NCBI GenBank assembly: GCA_002269645.1
Contig: NIVC01000639.1
Span: 133,659-197,658 of the forward strand
DNA from: Macrostomum lignano
Lineage: Eukaryota
DNA: 64,000 nucleotides
Direction: 5' to 3'
Part shown: piece after piece, positions 25,757 to 39,200 of the stretch
Layout of the letters: each line of letters begins with the position of its first letter
Numbering within the stretch: the stretch's first letter is position 1
The notes under the pieces: model-generated
Seen by the model: only the letters and a program-made list of their open reading frames with translations
The model's database searches: none
What the model was told of the DNA's origin: nothing
Made by a program: the position numbers and the translations under genes

Positions 25757-25869
25757 CAGTGGCGCAACCAGGGGGGGGCGGTTGCCCCTCCTTTGGCGGA
25801 CGTCGGAAAAAATTAAAGGGGACCAAGCGAATGATTCCCCCCCTCAACAAATTTCTGGTTGCGCTACTG
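25757..25869. mobile_element. 113-bp hAT-type MITE inside the MULE
   Basis: 15-bp TIR CAGTGGCGCAACCAG / CTGGTTGCGCTACTG (1 mismatch). No clean TSD. Confidence 0.65.
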
Positions 25870-25993
25870 CAAGAGTACATGGTATACGCGAGTAGTATAG
25901 TTCCCTAAATATCCGGCCTTGATTCTAGTACATGTACAGTCTAGTGTATATGTCTAGCACATATGTAGTCTTTGGTGAAGCTCAGTCGTCATG

Positions 25994-27320
25994 TCACTTC
26001 GGATTAAAGAGACGACCACAGGATTTAAGCAGCCGCCGAGTGCTTCGAGTACCTTGTTCATGTTCCGCCCAGTAGCGAAACAAACGAGACTGAACTGTGC
26101 GGTACCCTTGCCGCTGCTCTCGACGCAGTACCCCTCTGGACAGCAGGTGAGCCTGGAGTGGCACCAGGATAGCTTCCTCGTGGAGCAGTTGCAGCAACAG
26201 ATAGAACTGGAGGTTGCGCCTCCCAGCTTTACGGTTTAGGCGATAGTGCCAGCCCTCCAGGTCGTTGTTGGTCCTGATGGGCTGACCAAACACGCAAATG
26301 TCATCCGCTTTCCAGTTGCTGCCTTCGCCCAACCATGTACTGCCAATGTACTCGCATAGTTCCTGCAGTCTTTCGTCTGCCTGAGCAGCTTGCGAAGCTC
26401 GGAGGCTTTCAAACACCTCGTTAATCTCGTCACGTGGCAGGTACGGCAGTGCCATCACCGACTCAAACATCGCTTCTGTAAAAGCCATCGGGAATCGCTT
26501 CGTGCTGCAGCTCAAAGTTTAATGTCTTTGGCTCCTCTGGCCGTTGCCTTTCTCGAAAACGATTAGCTGTTCTAGCAAGATTCGCTGGATTTGGCAAGTT
26601 TTTAGCCTCTGACGAACGATAACTGTGTAGAAGTCGCTCCTCAGATAGAGCCGCAGCAGATTTGAAGACATCCGCAGCTGCTGATGTCTTCACGTCTCGA
26701 ATGATTTTTCGTACTGCACAAGCATCAGCTGTTGGTGCATGGCAGTGGTTCCTTTTTCCTGGTTGGAAGTCTTCACCGGCTCTGCGATTTAGGGTTGCAC
26801 AGCATGGCGTATGTCGATTGCGCTGAGTGCATCTGTAGTATTCGTGATCACCACGCCTACGGTGAAAACCATAGCTGTATCCTTTTGAGGAAACAACAAG
26901 GACTGAACCTCAACCTCTACTGCTTGCGTTTTGAAGTACCTCAAATGTCTCTGGACGATTGTGAGCAGCGATTGGTTGAGGGTCTGGATCTTCAATCGAT
27001 GAATCAGCAGTAGCAGCAACTTGGATCTCAGCATCGCTCTCTACCTCATCACTTTCGCTACCACTGGCAGCAGCAACTTCGATTTCGGCATCGCTCTCTA
27101 CCTCATCACCACCGGCAGCAGCAACTTCGATTTCGGCATCGCTCTCTACCTCATCACCACCGGCAGCAGCAACTTCGATTTCGGCATCGCTCTCTACCTC
27201 ATCACCACCGGCAGCAGCAACTTCGATTTCGGCATCGCTCTCTACCTCATCACCACCGGCAGCAGCAACTTCAACTTCAGCATCGCTCTCTACATGTACC
27301 TCCTGAGTAGTGCAGATCAT
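25994..27320 (-). pseudogene. Disrupted FLYWCH-MULE transposase
   Basis: Frame 27320 to 26463 reads acidic 16-aa repeats, SSRG*GSVLVVSSKGYSY...YYRCTQR...CCATL...HCH (FLYWCH with in-frame TGA at 26910), then NLPNPANLARTANRFR...IPDGFYRSDV*. It then jumps frame to MALPYLP...W...RTNNDLEGWH (C-terminal MULE helix with catalytic E). The DGTF/DFE/CxxH core is missing. Confidence 0.85.
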
Positions 27321-28406
27321 GCAGCATCAAGTAAAAGAACTCTTCTTCGTCAATTTCTTATACTGTGCAGTAGAAATGAACGATGCTCCTAAAATAAAAA
27401 GCAAAAAAATTTCAGCAATTTATCATCTCTCCACATACCCTCTCTCCTCTCTACCCCCTCTCCCTGCACCTTCTCTCCCCTACCCTCTTTTCCTCTTCAC
27501 TCTCTCCTCTACCTTCTCCCCCCTCTACCCTCTCTCCCCACCTTCTCTCCCCTACCCTCTTTTCCCTCTTCACTCTCTCCTCTACCTTCTCCCCCCTCTA
27601 TCCTCTTTTCCTCTTCCATTTTAAGAGTGAATACACGCTAAGTTGATGGAATGCAGAATATAAGGCATAAACTTACCACTCAAACACAGTCGATGGAACC
27701 AATGTTTGCACTTGTCACAATTTAATGCAGGCTCCTCGTCAGTTACTGCTTTGACACACGCTGGACAGACGTCTTCTTCGACTTCCATCAGACAATTAGT
27801 TAACGAGTAAGCTAGTTGCTTTTTAGATGTAGGGAAGATATTAAGTCGATATTCTTGAGTGTTAAAGAGTAAATATATAGTGCGCAGACCGGTAGCTATA
27901 TGGATCTTGCGTTCAATTGCTTCTGTACAAGTATGGAGTTATAGGACGCATGCGCAATATAGATGGCGTTTTAACCAATAGGGTATATCACAGAATTTCG
28001 ATTGCGTAGAAAGTAAGCAATTCCGATTGACCACATCCGTTCAGATTACCTAGCATAACTTAATGCTGGTTCTGTGATTCATGGATTTAGCGGTTAGCAA
28101 CCATGGTAAAATTGTGATGTAATGAGTGCCAACAAGAGCACAGCAATTTTCTTTTATAGTATAATTGTCACCTTCACTTAACTGTGTTGCTGAATGAACG
28201 AATAAGTGTTATTCATTTACTAAATGTAGAAGACCAAGTTTTGTTTGACTTTACACTTATACACGTGTTTATGTTGCCATGGTCACGAGCCACGACCATA
28301 AGTTTACAGTACACGCACAGGACAGTTGTCAATAAGCGCCAAAATTAATTACAAGATAAATTTCAAGCCAACTCACCCATAATCTATACTCTGTGAGGCG
28401 CACATA

Positions 28407-28617
28407 CAGTAGCGGATCTAGAATTTCATTTGGGGGCCGAAGGGGGGGGGGGCGTCAATCCAAGTTTTGGGCACCAACATGAGTATGAGGGGCGCCAATT
28501 TTTAAGCTAGGGGTAAAAAAATGCGTAGGAGGCAAAAAATCTAGTTTAAAGGGTGCAAACTTAGGTTTTTGGGGGCTCAATAAGTTCTATCAAGCTCTAT
28601 CCGCGGGTCCGCCCCTA
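28407..28617. mobile_element. About 210-bp hAT-MITE-like segment overlapping the inner end of the MULE right TIR (partial mirror copy at 25259-25455)
   Basis: Ends CAGTAGCGGATC... and ...GGGTCCGCCCCTA resemble YAGNGGCGGA hAT MITE termini. No TSD found. Confidence 0.45.
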
Positions 28618-31600
28618 TTGGCGCTCCTTGCCTTATAGTCCCTGAATTAGCACATAACATAAACATATGTACAGTCATAAGCTACGCTATAGGTATACAG
28701 TTGTTTTCTAAACTTGTTCAATGGCTTTTAAGTATTATTTTAAGTAAGTTTACATGTACACGTAGATGTAGTACAAAAAATCTAATAATCAATTGTCATT
28801 GACTTGGGTTGAAAAATTAAAAGTATGGATAAAATTAAGTGCGCGCTGTAAATGTTATGCCTCGAAACGCACTCAAACAAAATAATAAATGCAGATAACA
28901 TACGAACCTTTATTACTTTAATAAGAGTTTATATTAACAGCTATATATTTTAATATTTAACAACGAAAAATAGTCAAATCAAGTCTAAAGCTTGTCACCG
29001 AATTGACCACTGGTGTCACCGAAACGTCCCAAGTTGTCACCGAAGTTGTTGTCACCGAAATGTCTTGTCACCGAATTGACCTGGGACCATATTTACTATA
29101 TATATGAAATGAACCTTAACTATAAGAATAGCTAGGGGGCCTAACTTTTAATAGAAATGTCTATTTACCAAAATGTCATATAGACTATATAGCCTATAAA
29201 ACAATAATATAGAAACCCTATACGAACAAGTTAACAAATTTTGGATGGCTGTTATGTCAATTATGCTATCAATATTTTCTAGTGTTACATTGTGATAGAG
29301 ATAATATCTAGGTATGTTGTGGCATATTTTATTATGGTCAATAGGTGGTGACACAAAAAGTATAATGTAGGGGCCTATGCGACACTATAGGAGTAGGCTC
29401 ACATAGGCCTTAGTAATTAGTTGTTGTTTAAAACTTTGAGTATAGAGTTTTAAAATGTTTAGGCCTAACTTTAATTTTTGTTTTTTATTAATTATAACTT
29501 ATTATTTACTTTTTCTACCATTTTTTGTAATTTTTCAAATCATATTTTTGCATTTTGCATTGTGACAGTATTGTTTTGCATTGCACTTTTTCATACTTTT
29601 GACTTTTGTCTTGTCTTGTGTATTGAGCTACATTTTTTGCACTGGTATTGCACATTTTAGGTTTTTAAAACTTATTCCAATTGAAAATATAGGTTAGATT
29701 TAAAAAATTATATATTTTACAAAAAATAAAAAAACATGTGCATTTAGGGACCTAAATGTGTGTCATGATTATGCACAAAGAGCATTAGAAACCTTTGACA
29801 ATTTGTATCATGCTAGAATTTTCTATGATAAAACCAAGGCCATCTTCTAAATCACTTTATAGCACTGGACTATAGAGCAACAGCTTTAAGTTAGTGAAAT
29901 CACTGCGAATGACTTATTGTTTCTCATGGAAATAACTCTTAACTAAACTAATTTATAGCTAGGAGCCTATATAGGCCTTGAGGTCTACAAGTTAAACTAA
30001 GTTAGGCCTAACTATAAACTAATTGAATGAAACTAATCTTAAAATTATAACTATTAAAATAACTAGTCTAGATTTTTAATATTAGCGCCCAATCAATTTA
30101 AATTATTAATACTAATACTAAAGTAAATTACTATTTTAGTCTACTATTAAAGCCCACAATAATATTTTTGCCAGAGTTTAGCCACTCCTTTTCTTATATT
30201 TAAATGGCTTTCTTTTCTGGGAAGTATCAGGCAAAAGTTAAATTATTATTAAATTTAAAGTCCTGTTCAATTTTCAAAGTCTGCCGACTTTATGTACAAA
30301 AATGCTATACTTTTTGCATACTATTATAAACTGATTTATACGTTTCTTTTAACTAGTGTCATAGAAAGTTCCGTAATTTTAATCAATATATAAAGTAAAG
30401 TTTGGCTCAACACTTTTTACTTTAAAACTGAGTTCATAGTTCTAGCAAAACATTGATTTTCAAAAAAACACTAGTATTTTTTAGCATTTTTTTCGTCTTG
30501 ATTCTGTCTTCTGCATCAGTCAATCAAGACAATCATAAGTCATTATCCCAAATGTTTTGATTTGACTGATTGATCTGAAAACGTATCGAGCTGTCTGAGT
30601 TTTTTTCGTCCTCAAAAGGTAAATGTATTTTACTGTATGATAGATTATAGATAATACAGCTACAGTAGCTGTGTTTTTTACACAATTTTAGAACGTGAGA
30701 ATCTTGCATAGCATGTTCGAAGGATCAAAGCTACAGCTAGTATACATGTACCTAGCTTGTCTCACGTGCTCATCAATCAGAGAACTACACTGTACTTATA
30801 TGAAGGAAGGTGTCATCATTCACCTGTCCACCTAACAGCAAAACATTAAATAATTCTCCCAACAGAAGAGTACATGTATCATCGGATTACATGCTACTTC
30901 CGATTACATGTATTGATGTAGAAAATCCGATTGAGCCGCCGGTTTCAAGGCACTACTACAAGCTACTATACACATTAGGCACATGTACGTAGCACGCACA
31001 GGGGTATGTACGCCGGCATACAGTCACATACAGGTGGACACACAGACACAGCGGCTCTGATCCCCTGCAGCTTCTCATTGTCAGGTCCAGCGGGAATCGT
31101 GGCCGCTGGACATGTAATCACAGCTGAGGTCATGCAAGAAGCCATAGCGACATTAAAGCGTTAAAAGCCCTGATGCAACAAGTGAGACTGCAGGAAATGA
31201 AATTCTGTAGGCCGGGAAGTTAACAACAGTTTGCGGCTACGAGACTGACTGAGCATCATGTGGTTGGACCGGAAGCTTTCACAGCGAGCCATGCATTAAC
31301 GAAAGATCAAGAGAGTGCCGCCTCTCAAGTACAGAAATAAAAGAGCTAGTCATCGAATATCGCTTTATCCCGTGTGTCATTAGCCGAGTGAGATCTAACT
31401 GTAATAAATCTACATTCGCATGTGTAATGGTAAGAACTAAAAGCTGCATTGACTGGGGACACTAAAGAGCACACCTCGCAGTGCCTAGCTAGGCAGAGCC
31501 TGCATAGCACGAATGGCAAAAGCGCAAATGAAAGTGACTGCCAGCCTAATGAGGTAGTAATTAAATACGAGCTCGTTACTGACTGCCCCAATTGTCAGTC

Positions 31601-31658
31601 TAAACCATAAACCTGCGAAAAAGTCTGTTTTTAAACACTTTCCTGTAAGTCTCTAGAG

Positions 31659-34600
31659 CACCTGATCTCTCATGCAATCACACCTGATCTCTCATGCAAT
31701 CACACCTGATCTCTCATGCAATCACACCTGATCTCTCATGCAATCACACCTGATCTCTCATGCAATCACACCTGATCTCTCATGCAATCACACCTGATCT
31801 CTCACGCAATCACACCTGATCTCTCATGCAATCACACCTGATCTCTCATGCAATCACACCTGATCTCTCATGCAATCACACCTGATCTCTCATGCAATCA
31901 CACCTGATCTCTCACGCAATCACACCTGATCTCTCACGCAATCACACCTGATCTCTCATGCAATCACACCTGATCTCTCATGCAATCACACCTGATCTCT
32001 CACGCAATCACACCTGATCTCTCACGCAATCACACCTGATCTCTCATGCAATCACACCTGATCTCTCATGCAATCACACCTGATCTCTCATGCAATCACA
32101 CCTGATCTCTCATACAATCACACCTGATCTCTCATGCAATCACACCTGATCTCTCACGCAATCACACCTGATCTCTCACGCAATCACACCTGATCTCTCA
32201 TACAATCACACCTGATCTCTCACGCAATCACACCTGATCTCTCACGCAATCACACCTGATCTCTCATGCAATCACACCTGATCTCTCATACAATCACACC
32301 TGATCTCTCACGCAATCACACCTGATCTCTCATGCAATCACACCTGATCTCTCATGCAATCACACCTGATCTCTCATGCAATCACACCTGATCTCTCATG
32401 CAATCACACCTGATCTCTCATGCAATCACACCTGATCTCTCATGCAATCACACCTGATCTCTCATGCAATCACACCTGATCTCTCATGCAATCACACCTG
32501 ATCTCTCATACAATCACACCTGATCTCTCATACAATCAAGCATGATCTCTCATGCAATCACACCTGATCTCTCATGCAATCACACCTGATCTCTCATGCA
32601 ATCACACCTGATCTCTCATACAATCAAGCATGATCTCTCATGCAATCACACCTGATCTCTCATGCAATCACACCTGATCTCTCATACAATCACACCTGAT
32701 CTCTCATACAATCAAGCATGATCTCTCATACAATCACACCTGATCTCTCATACAATCATACCTGATCTCTCATGCAATCACACCTGATCTCTCACGCAAT
32801 CACACCTGATCTCTCATGCAATCACACCTGATCTCTCATACAATCAAGCATGATCTCTCATACAATCACACCTGATCTCTCATGCAATCACACCTGATCT
32901 CTCATGCAATCACACCTGATCTCTCATGCAATCACACCTGATCTCTCATGCAATCACACCTGATCTCTCACGCAATCACACCTGATCTCTCACGCAATCA
33001 CACCTGATCTCTCATGCAATCACACCTGATCTCTCATACAATCACACCTGATCTCTCACGCAATCACACCTGATCTCTCATGCAATCACACCTGATCTCT
33101 CATGCAATCACACCTGATCTCTCATGCAATCACACCTGATCTCTCATGCAATCACACCTGATCTCTCATGCAATCACACCTGATCTCTCATGCAATCACA
33201 CCTGATCTCTCATGCAATCAAGCATGATCTCTCATGCAATCAAGCATGATCTCTCATGCAATCACACCTGATCTCTCATGCAATCACACCTGATCTCTCA
33301 TGCAATCACACCTGATCTCTCATGCAATCAAGCATGATCTCTCATGCAATCACACCTGATCTCTCATGCAATCACACCTGATCTCTCATGCAATCAAGCA
33401 TGATCTCTCATGCAATCAAGCATGATCTCTCATGCAATCACACCTGATCTCTCATGCAATCAAGCATGATCTCTCATGCAATCACACCTGATCTCTCACG
33501 CAATCACACCTGATCTCTCATGCAATCACACCTGATCTCTCATGCAATCACACCTGATCTCTCATGCAATCACACCTGATCTCTCATGCAATCAAGCATG
33601 ATCTCTCATACAATCAAGCATGATCTCTCATACAATCAAGCATGATCTCTCATGCAATCACACCTGATCTCTCATACAATCAAGCATGATCTCTCATGCA
33701 ATCACACCTGATCTCTCATGCAATCAAGCATGATCTCTCATGCAATCACACCTGATCTCTCATGCAATCACACCTGATCTCTCATGCAATCACACCTGAT
33801 CTCTCATGCAATCACACCTGATCTCTCATGCAATCACACCTGATCTCTCATGCAATCAAGCATGATCTCTCATGCAATCAAGCATGATCTCTCATGCAAT
33901 CAAGCATGATCTCTCATACAATCAAGCATGATCTCTCATGCAATCACACCTGATCTCTCATGCAATCACACCTGATCTCTCATGCAATCACACCTGATCT
34001 CTCATGCAATCAAGCATGATCTCTCATGCAATCACACCTGATCTCTCATGCAATCACACCTGATCTCTCATGCAATCAAGCATGATCTCTCATGCAATCA
34101 AGCATGATCTCTCATGCAATCAAGCATGATCTCTCATGCAATCACACCTGATCTCTCATGCAATCACACCTGATCTCTCATGCAATCACACCTGATCTCT
34201 CATGCAATCAAGCATGATCTCTCATGCAATCAAGCATGATCTCTCATGCAATCACACCTGATCTCTCATGCAATCACACCTGATCTCTCATGCAATCAAG
34301 CATGATCTCTCATGCAATCAAGCATGATCTCTCATGCAATCACACCTGATCTCTCATGCAATCAAGCATGATCTCTCATGCAATCAAGCATGATCTCTCA
34401 TGCAATCACACCTGATCTCTCATGCAATCAAGCATGATCTCTCATGCAATCACACCTGATCTCTCATGCAATCACACCTGATCTCTCATGCAATCACACC
34501 TGATCTCTCATGCAATCAAGCATGATCTCTCATGCAATCAAGCATGATCTCTCATGCAATCACACCTGATCTCTCATGCAATCAAGCATGATCTCTCATG

Positions 34601-35740
34601 CAATCACACCTGATCTCTCATGCAATCAAGCATGATCTCTCATGCAATCACACCTGATCTCTCATGCAATCACACCTGATCTCTCATGCAATCAAGCATG
34701 ATCTCTCATGCAATCAAGCATGATCTCTCATGCAATCACACCTGATCTCTCATGCAATCAAGCATGATCTCTCATGCAATCAAGCATGATCTCTCATGCA
34801 ATCACACCTGATCTCTCATGCAATCACACCTGATCTCTCATGCAATCAAGCATGATCTCTCATGCAATCAAGCATGATCTCTCATGCAATCACACCTGAT
34901 CTCTCATGCAATCAAGCATGATCTCTCATGCAATCAAGCATGATCTCTCATGCAATCACACCTGATCTCTCATGCAATCAAGCATGATCTCTCATGCAAT
35001 CACACCTGATCTCTCATGCAATCACACCTGATCTCTCATGCAATCACACCTGATCTCTCATGCAATCAAGCATGATCTCTCATGCAATCAAGCATGATCT
35101 CTCATGCAATCACACCTGATCTCTCATGCAATCACACCTGATCTCTCATACAATCAAGCATGATCTCTCATGCAATCACACCTGATCTCTCATGCAATCA
35201 AGCATGATCTCTCATGCAATCACACCTGATCTCTCATGCAATCACACCTGATCTCTCATGCAATCACACCTGATCTCTCATGCAATCACACCTGATCTCT
35301 CATGCAATCAAGCATGATCTCTCATGCAATCACACCTGATCTCTCATGCAATCAAGCATGATCTCTCATGCAATCACACCTGATCTCTCATGCAATCACA
35401 CCTGATCTCTCATGCAATCACACCTGATCTCTCATGCAATCACACCTGATCTCTCATGCAATCAAGCATGATCTCTCATGCAATCAAGCATGATCTCTCA
35501 TGCAATCACACCTGATCTCTCATGCAATCACACCTGATCTCTCATGCAATCACACCTGATCTCTCATGCAATCAAGCATGATCTCTCATGCAATCAAGCA
35601 TGATCTCTCATGCAATCACACCTGATCTCTCATGCAATCAAGCATGATCTCTCATGCAATCACACCTGATCTCTCATGCAATCACACCTGATCTCTCATG
35701 CAATCAAGCATGATCTCTCATGCAATCAAGCATGATCTCT
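31659..35740. repeat. 22-bp satellite, about 185 copies (cacctgatctctcatgcaatca and variants)
   Basis: 4082 bp / 22. Variants: cacgc, catac, and aagcatg replacing cacacctg. Confidence 0.98.
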
Positions 35741-36259
35741 CCCTTTGAAAAAGTCACGAAAATAAGGCCAGGCGTGAATTAAACTAAGTTTTCTTAGTAT
35801 ATTTATTAAAAAAGTGTCAGCCATGCAAATGGCTTACAAACTTATACGCTGGTAGAAGATACCAAAAGCCATCGAATCCATCTTAACAAACGACTAAATT
35901 TTAACGCGAAGTTAAAGTAAGACTCTAAGCAAAAAATTACAGAAACCGGATAAATCCGAAAAACAGAAGAAGTCTAGGAGCGTGTGGTATATGCACTCTA
36001 GAAAACTGAACCGAGAAAAGTATATCAAAGATATTATAATTGTGCAATGGTTTCAGCAATCTGTGACCAGCAACAGGCGTCAATTAGAGAAGGAATTTGT
36101 TTAGTTGGGACAGCGCTTTTATCTTATACAGTGAGGCCGTACTATTCTAAGAAAGAGTCACTACAACAATAATATCATCGTCCAACGCAAAACACATACG
36201 CTGGTTTTAAAGTAATTTGCAAAGCAAACTCAAATATTTCTCTTTGTTTCGATTCAAAC

Positions 36260-39200
36260 TCAGGCGTCAGGCTCAAGGTAGGCACCGTCGTCATGCTCCA
36301 CCAGTGCGCGCTGCTGATCCAGGAAGCGGCAATACGCCGCAACATTAGTCGGCCGGCGGACCGAGATCACGAGGTTCGGGTGCACGGGGTTCGCTATGTA
36401 CGCATTGACCCTGCGCCTGGCGTAGTCAACGGGGATGGCAGCACCGAAGGTGGTCATCTCCACTTCTTTGTCACTGAAAACTCCGCGACTGGCGGCTGCG
36501 ATGTACTTGGACGGGCAGGCGAGGCAGTCATTCATGGTGCCGACCATGTCGCGGAAGCTCGGCCGAGACTCCGGATGCGGCAGCCAGCAGCTCAGCAGGA
36601 TGTTGTAGAAGTCGATGCTGCAGATGTCGGGCTGGTTCAGTCGGATGCCCTTCTTCAGCAGGCCGGTGATGTCCTCCACCGAGCGGATCCCGTACGGGTT
36701 GTAGGGCGACTCGCCGAACGTGCAGATCTCCCACAGCAGCACGCCGTAGCTCCACACGTCCGACTTGTGGCTGAACAGTCCGGACTCAAAGCACTCCACG
36801 CCGAGCCACTTCACCGGCAGCAGGCCGGCCGTCTGGATGAACTCGCCCTCCGACATGTCCAGCAGACGGGCCAGCCCGAAGTCCGTGATCCTCACCTGGT
36901 CCGGAGTCTGCAGCAGCACGTTGCGGGCAGCCAGGTCGCGGTGTACAATGCCCAGAGACTCCAGGTACTCCATGCCCTCTGCCACTTGTAGACCCCAGCG
37001 CAGCATTCGCTCCGCACCGATCTGGTTGCGGTGCGCTCGCAGGAACTCCAGCAGACAGCCCCGAGGCATCAGCGCCGTGATCAGCTGCGGCTCCTGGGTC
37101 AGGCACAGAGCCACCAGTCGGATACAGCATGGATGCTGCACTCTGGCCAGCATGCTCGCTTCGTTCAGCAGCTCTTGGCCCAGCTTCGGACTGTGGCCGC
37201 GCAGCACCTTGATCGCGACGGGCAGCTCGCGAACTCCCTTGTTCGTGCTCGACCGCAGGATGCCCTTGTACACCGTGCCGAACGCGCCACTGCCAACCTC
37301 CTTCTGCTTCATCACATCGTCGTCATTCACAATCAGCAGCTTCGCCATGGCGTTCGGGTTGCTCGGGTCCGTCAGGTACTCGTCCAAGTCGACGATTTCG
37401 TACTTTCGCATGCGCCTCCGGTAGTGCACGTAGGCCACCGGCAGCAGCACCAGCAGCACCAGAATGAGCAGCCCGACGCCAATGCCGACGGTGAGGAGTC
37501 TCGCAGACGCCACCGAGTAGCAGCGGCCCTTCGAGTCGGCGCGCATCTCTCGGCTGCTACAGGCGGCCACGCACTTGCCGTCCTCCTCCAGGTTGCTGCA
37601 GCGCTCGCACTCGGAGGCGCTCGGACTGCTGCAGCCACCCTCGCACTCGCTGTGGCACTCCTGACATTCTCCGCTCAGATTGTACCGACCGGCCTCCTGG
37701 CACGTGGCGTAGCAGCGGCCGTCCACCTCGAAGTTCCGGCAGGCTACGCACATGTCGGGTCCGGGTCCCCAGCACTCGTCGCGGCACTGGGGGTCACAGA
37801 CGGCGTTCCTGCACACCTCGCTCGTGTTGTCGAAGCTGCGCTCCTTATCTGTTTCGCTTGGCCAGTGCTCCTTCAAGTCTTGCAGCTTCGCCGCGAAGTT
37901 GAACGGAAACCAGCGAGCGCAGAGACCTCTGACATTTCTCAGGCCGAAACAGGACACGTATTTCAGAGACGCAAAGCCAAAATGAGTAATTCTGCAGTCA
38001 TCAACAAATAGGTGCCCTGAAACTTGCACGAGATTTTTAAGAAAGCTAAGGCTTCCTATGTGCTGTGGAATATTTTTTATTACAAATTTTTCGACCAAAA
38101 TAGCTCGAACGGATTTCAGATTCCAAATTCCAGAATCTGCATCCAGCGGTCCCAATCGCAGTTGATTTCCATCGATGCTTAAAACTTTTTTAAACTTCAA
38201 CTCTGTCGGTGCCAGTGTCGAACAGTTGCTAAACTTTCCTAGAAATTCCTCAGTAAGGGTTCTCTGAAAGCCGTCTTTGCACACGTGGCAGCCCTGTCGC
38301 ACTCCGGCCACTGAGCAGGGAGTGCAGATTCCGCTGATGGGCATTTGACCATCAGGACATTCGACAATGCAGTACTTGTGATTGGAATCAATCACGAAGT
38401 CTCTCGGGCACTGGTCAACGCAAACGTTTCCTGCCTGCATCAGAGAATCCTGCGCCGTGTTGATTCGGCTGTATGCCGCATCATACGAATTATTGCGGCA
38501 GCTATGGGCGCACCTGCCGGCCAGAAGCACACTGCGGCACGCGCGACACTCGCTTGGTTGAAATGACCGGCACCCTCCGAGACAGCTGTTGTCGCAGCAT
38601 TCTTCCTCGCCGGTGGGCCGAGTATAGCAGGAGTGGCAGCTTCGCTTCCTGCACTTGGACACCATCTGGCACTCCGTGCTTGACCAGCACAATCGGTGGC
38701 CTTCCTTGCTCATGGGACAGTCGTCAGGGCACTCGGGGAGATGAGAACAGATGTTAGCCTGATCAGCCGGTTTGAGCGAACTGTTGGTCATGTTATTCAA
38801 GTGAGTCACTGCATCGAGCAGATGCTGTTCTTTGTGCTCGAATACTTCACTCCAGCTAATTTTTCGGGTTAGCTGGCAATAGAGGTGGATGTCCATGCTG
38901 GTGGAGAACATTACACCGGGTCCTTGGATGGAGACGAGCTTTGGCATGAATATCTGAGTCGGCGTGTTGCAGTATCCGATCTCCAAGGCGTATAAAGGGT
39001 GAGAGGGGCTTTGCGAGTAGATGAAGCCTCTGATGGCTCTGAGGTTCCGCAGCTCGAGTCGCTTGATGCCGAGGCCCGTGATAACAACTCTACCGGATAC
39101 CTCTCTAATGGAATCAAGAAAGCTAGTATTCATTTCATAGATGTTGCGGTCGATTGTGACTCCGGTGAAGTGCGACCCCAGAAAATGGACGTGCAAATCT

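Larger units (their letters stand above)
24788..29088 (-). mobile_element. Mutator-like (MULE, FLYWCH/Phantom-like) DNA transposon, 4301 bp, defective
   Basis: TIRs 24788-25398 and 28478-29088 (611 bp, only 2-3 mismatches seen), GGTCCCAGG ends, five subterminal TTCGGTGACA repeats, 9-bp TSD ATATTTACT at 24779-24787 and 29089-29097. Internal FLYWCH and MULE transposase remnants. Confidence 0.93.

Noticed and set aside
26910-26912. TGA reassignment or selenocysteine
   Set aside because: TGA terminates RPL18A, the scramblase, NRBP and both EGFRs normally, and the same transposase ORF is also broken by a deletion.
31659-35740. CRISPR-like array
   Set aside because: Head-to-tail units with no unique spacers, in a eukaryotic context. 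The same applies to all other arrays here.
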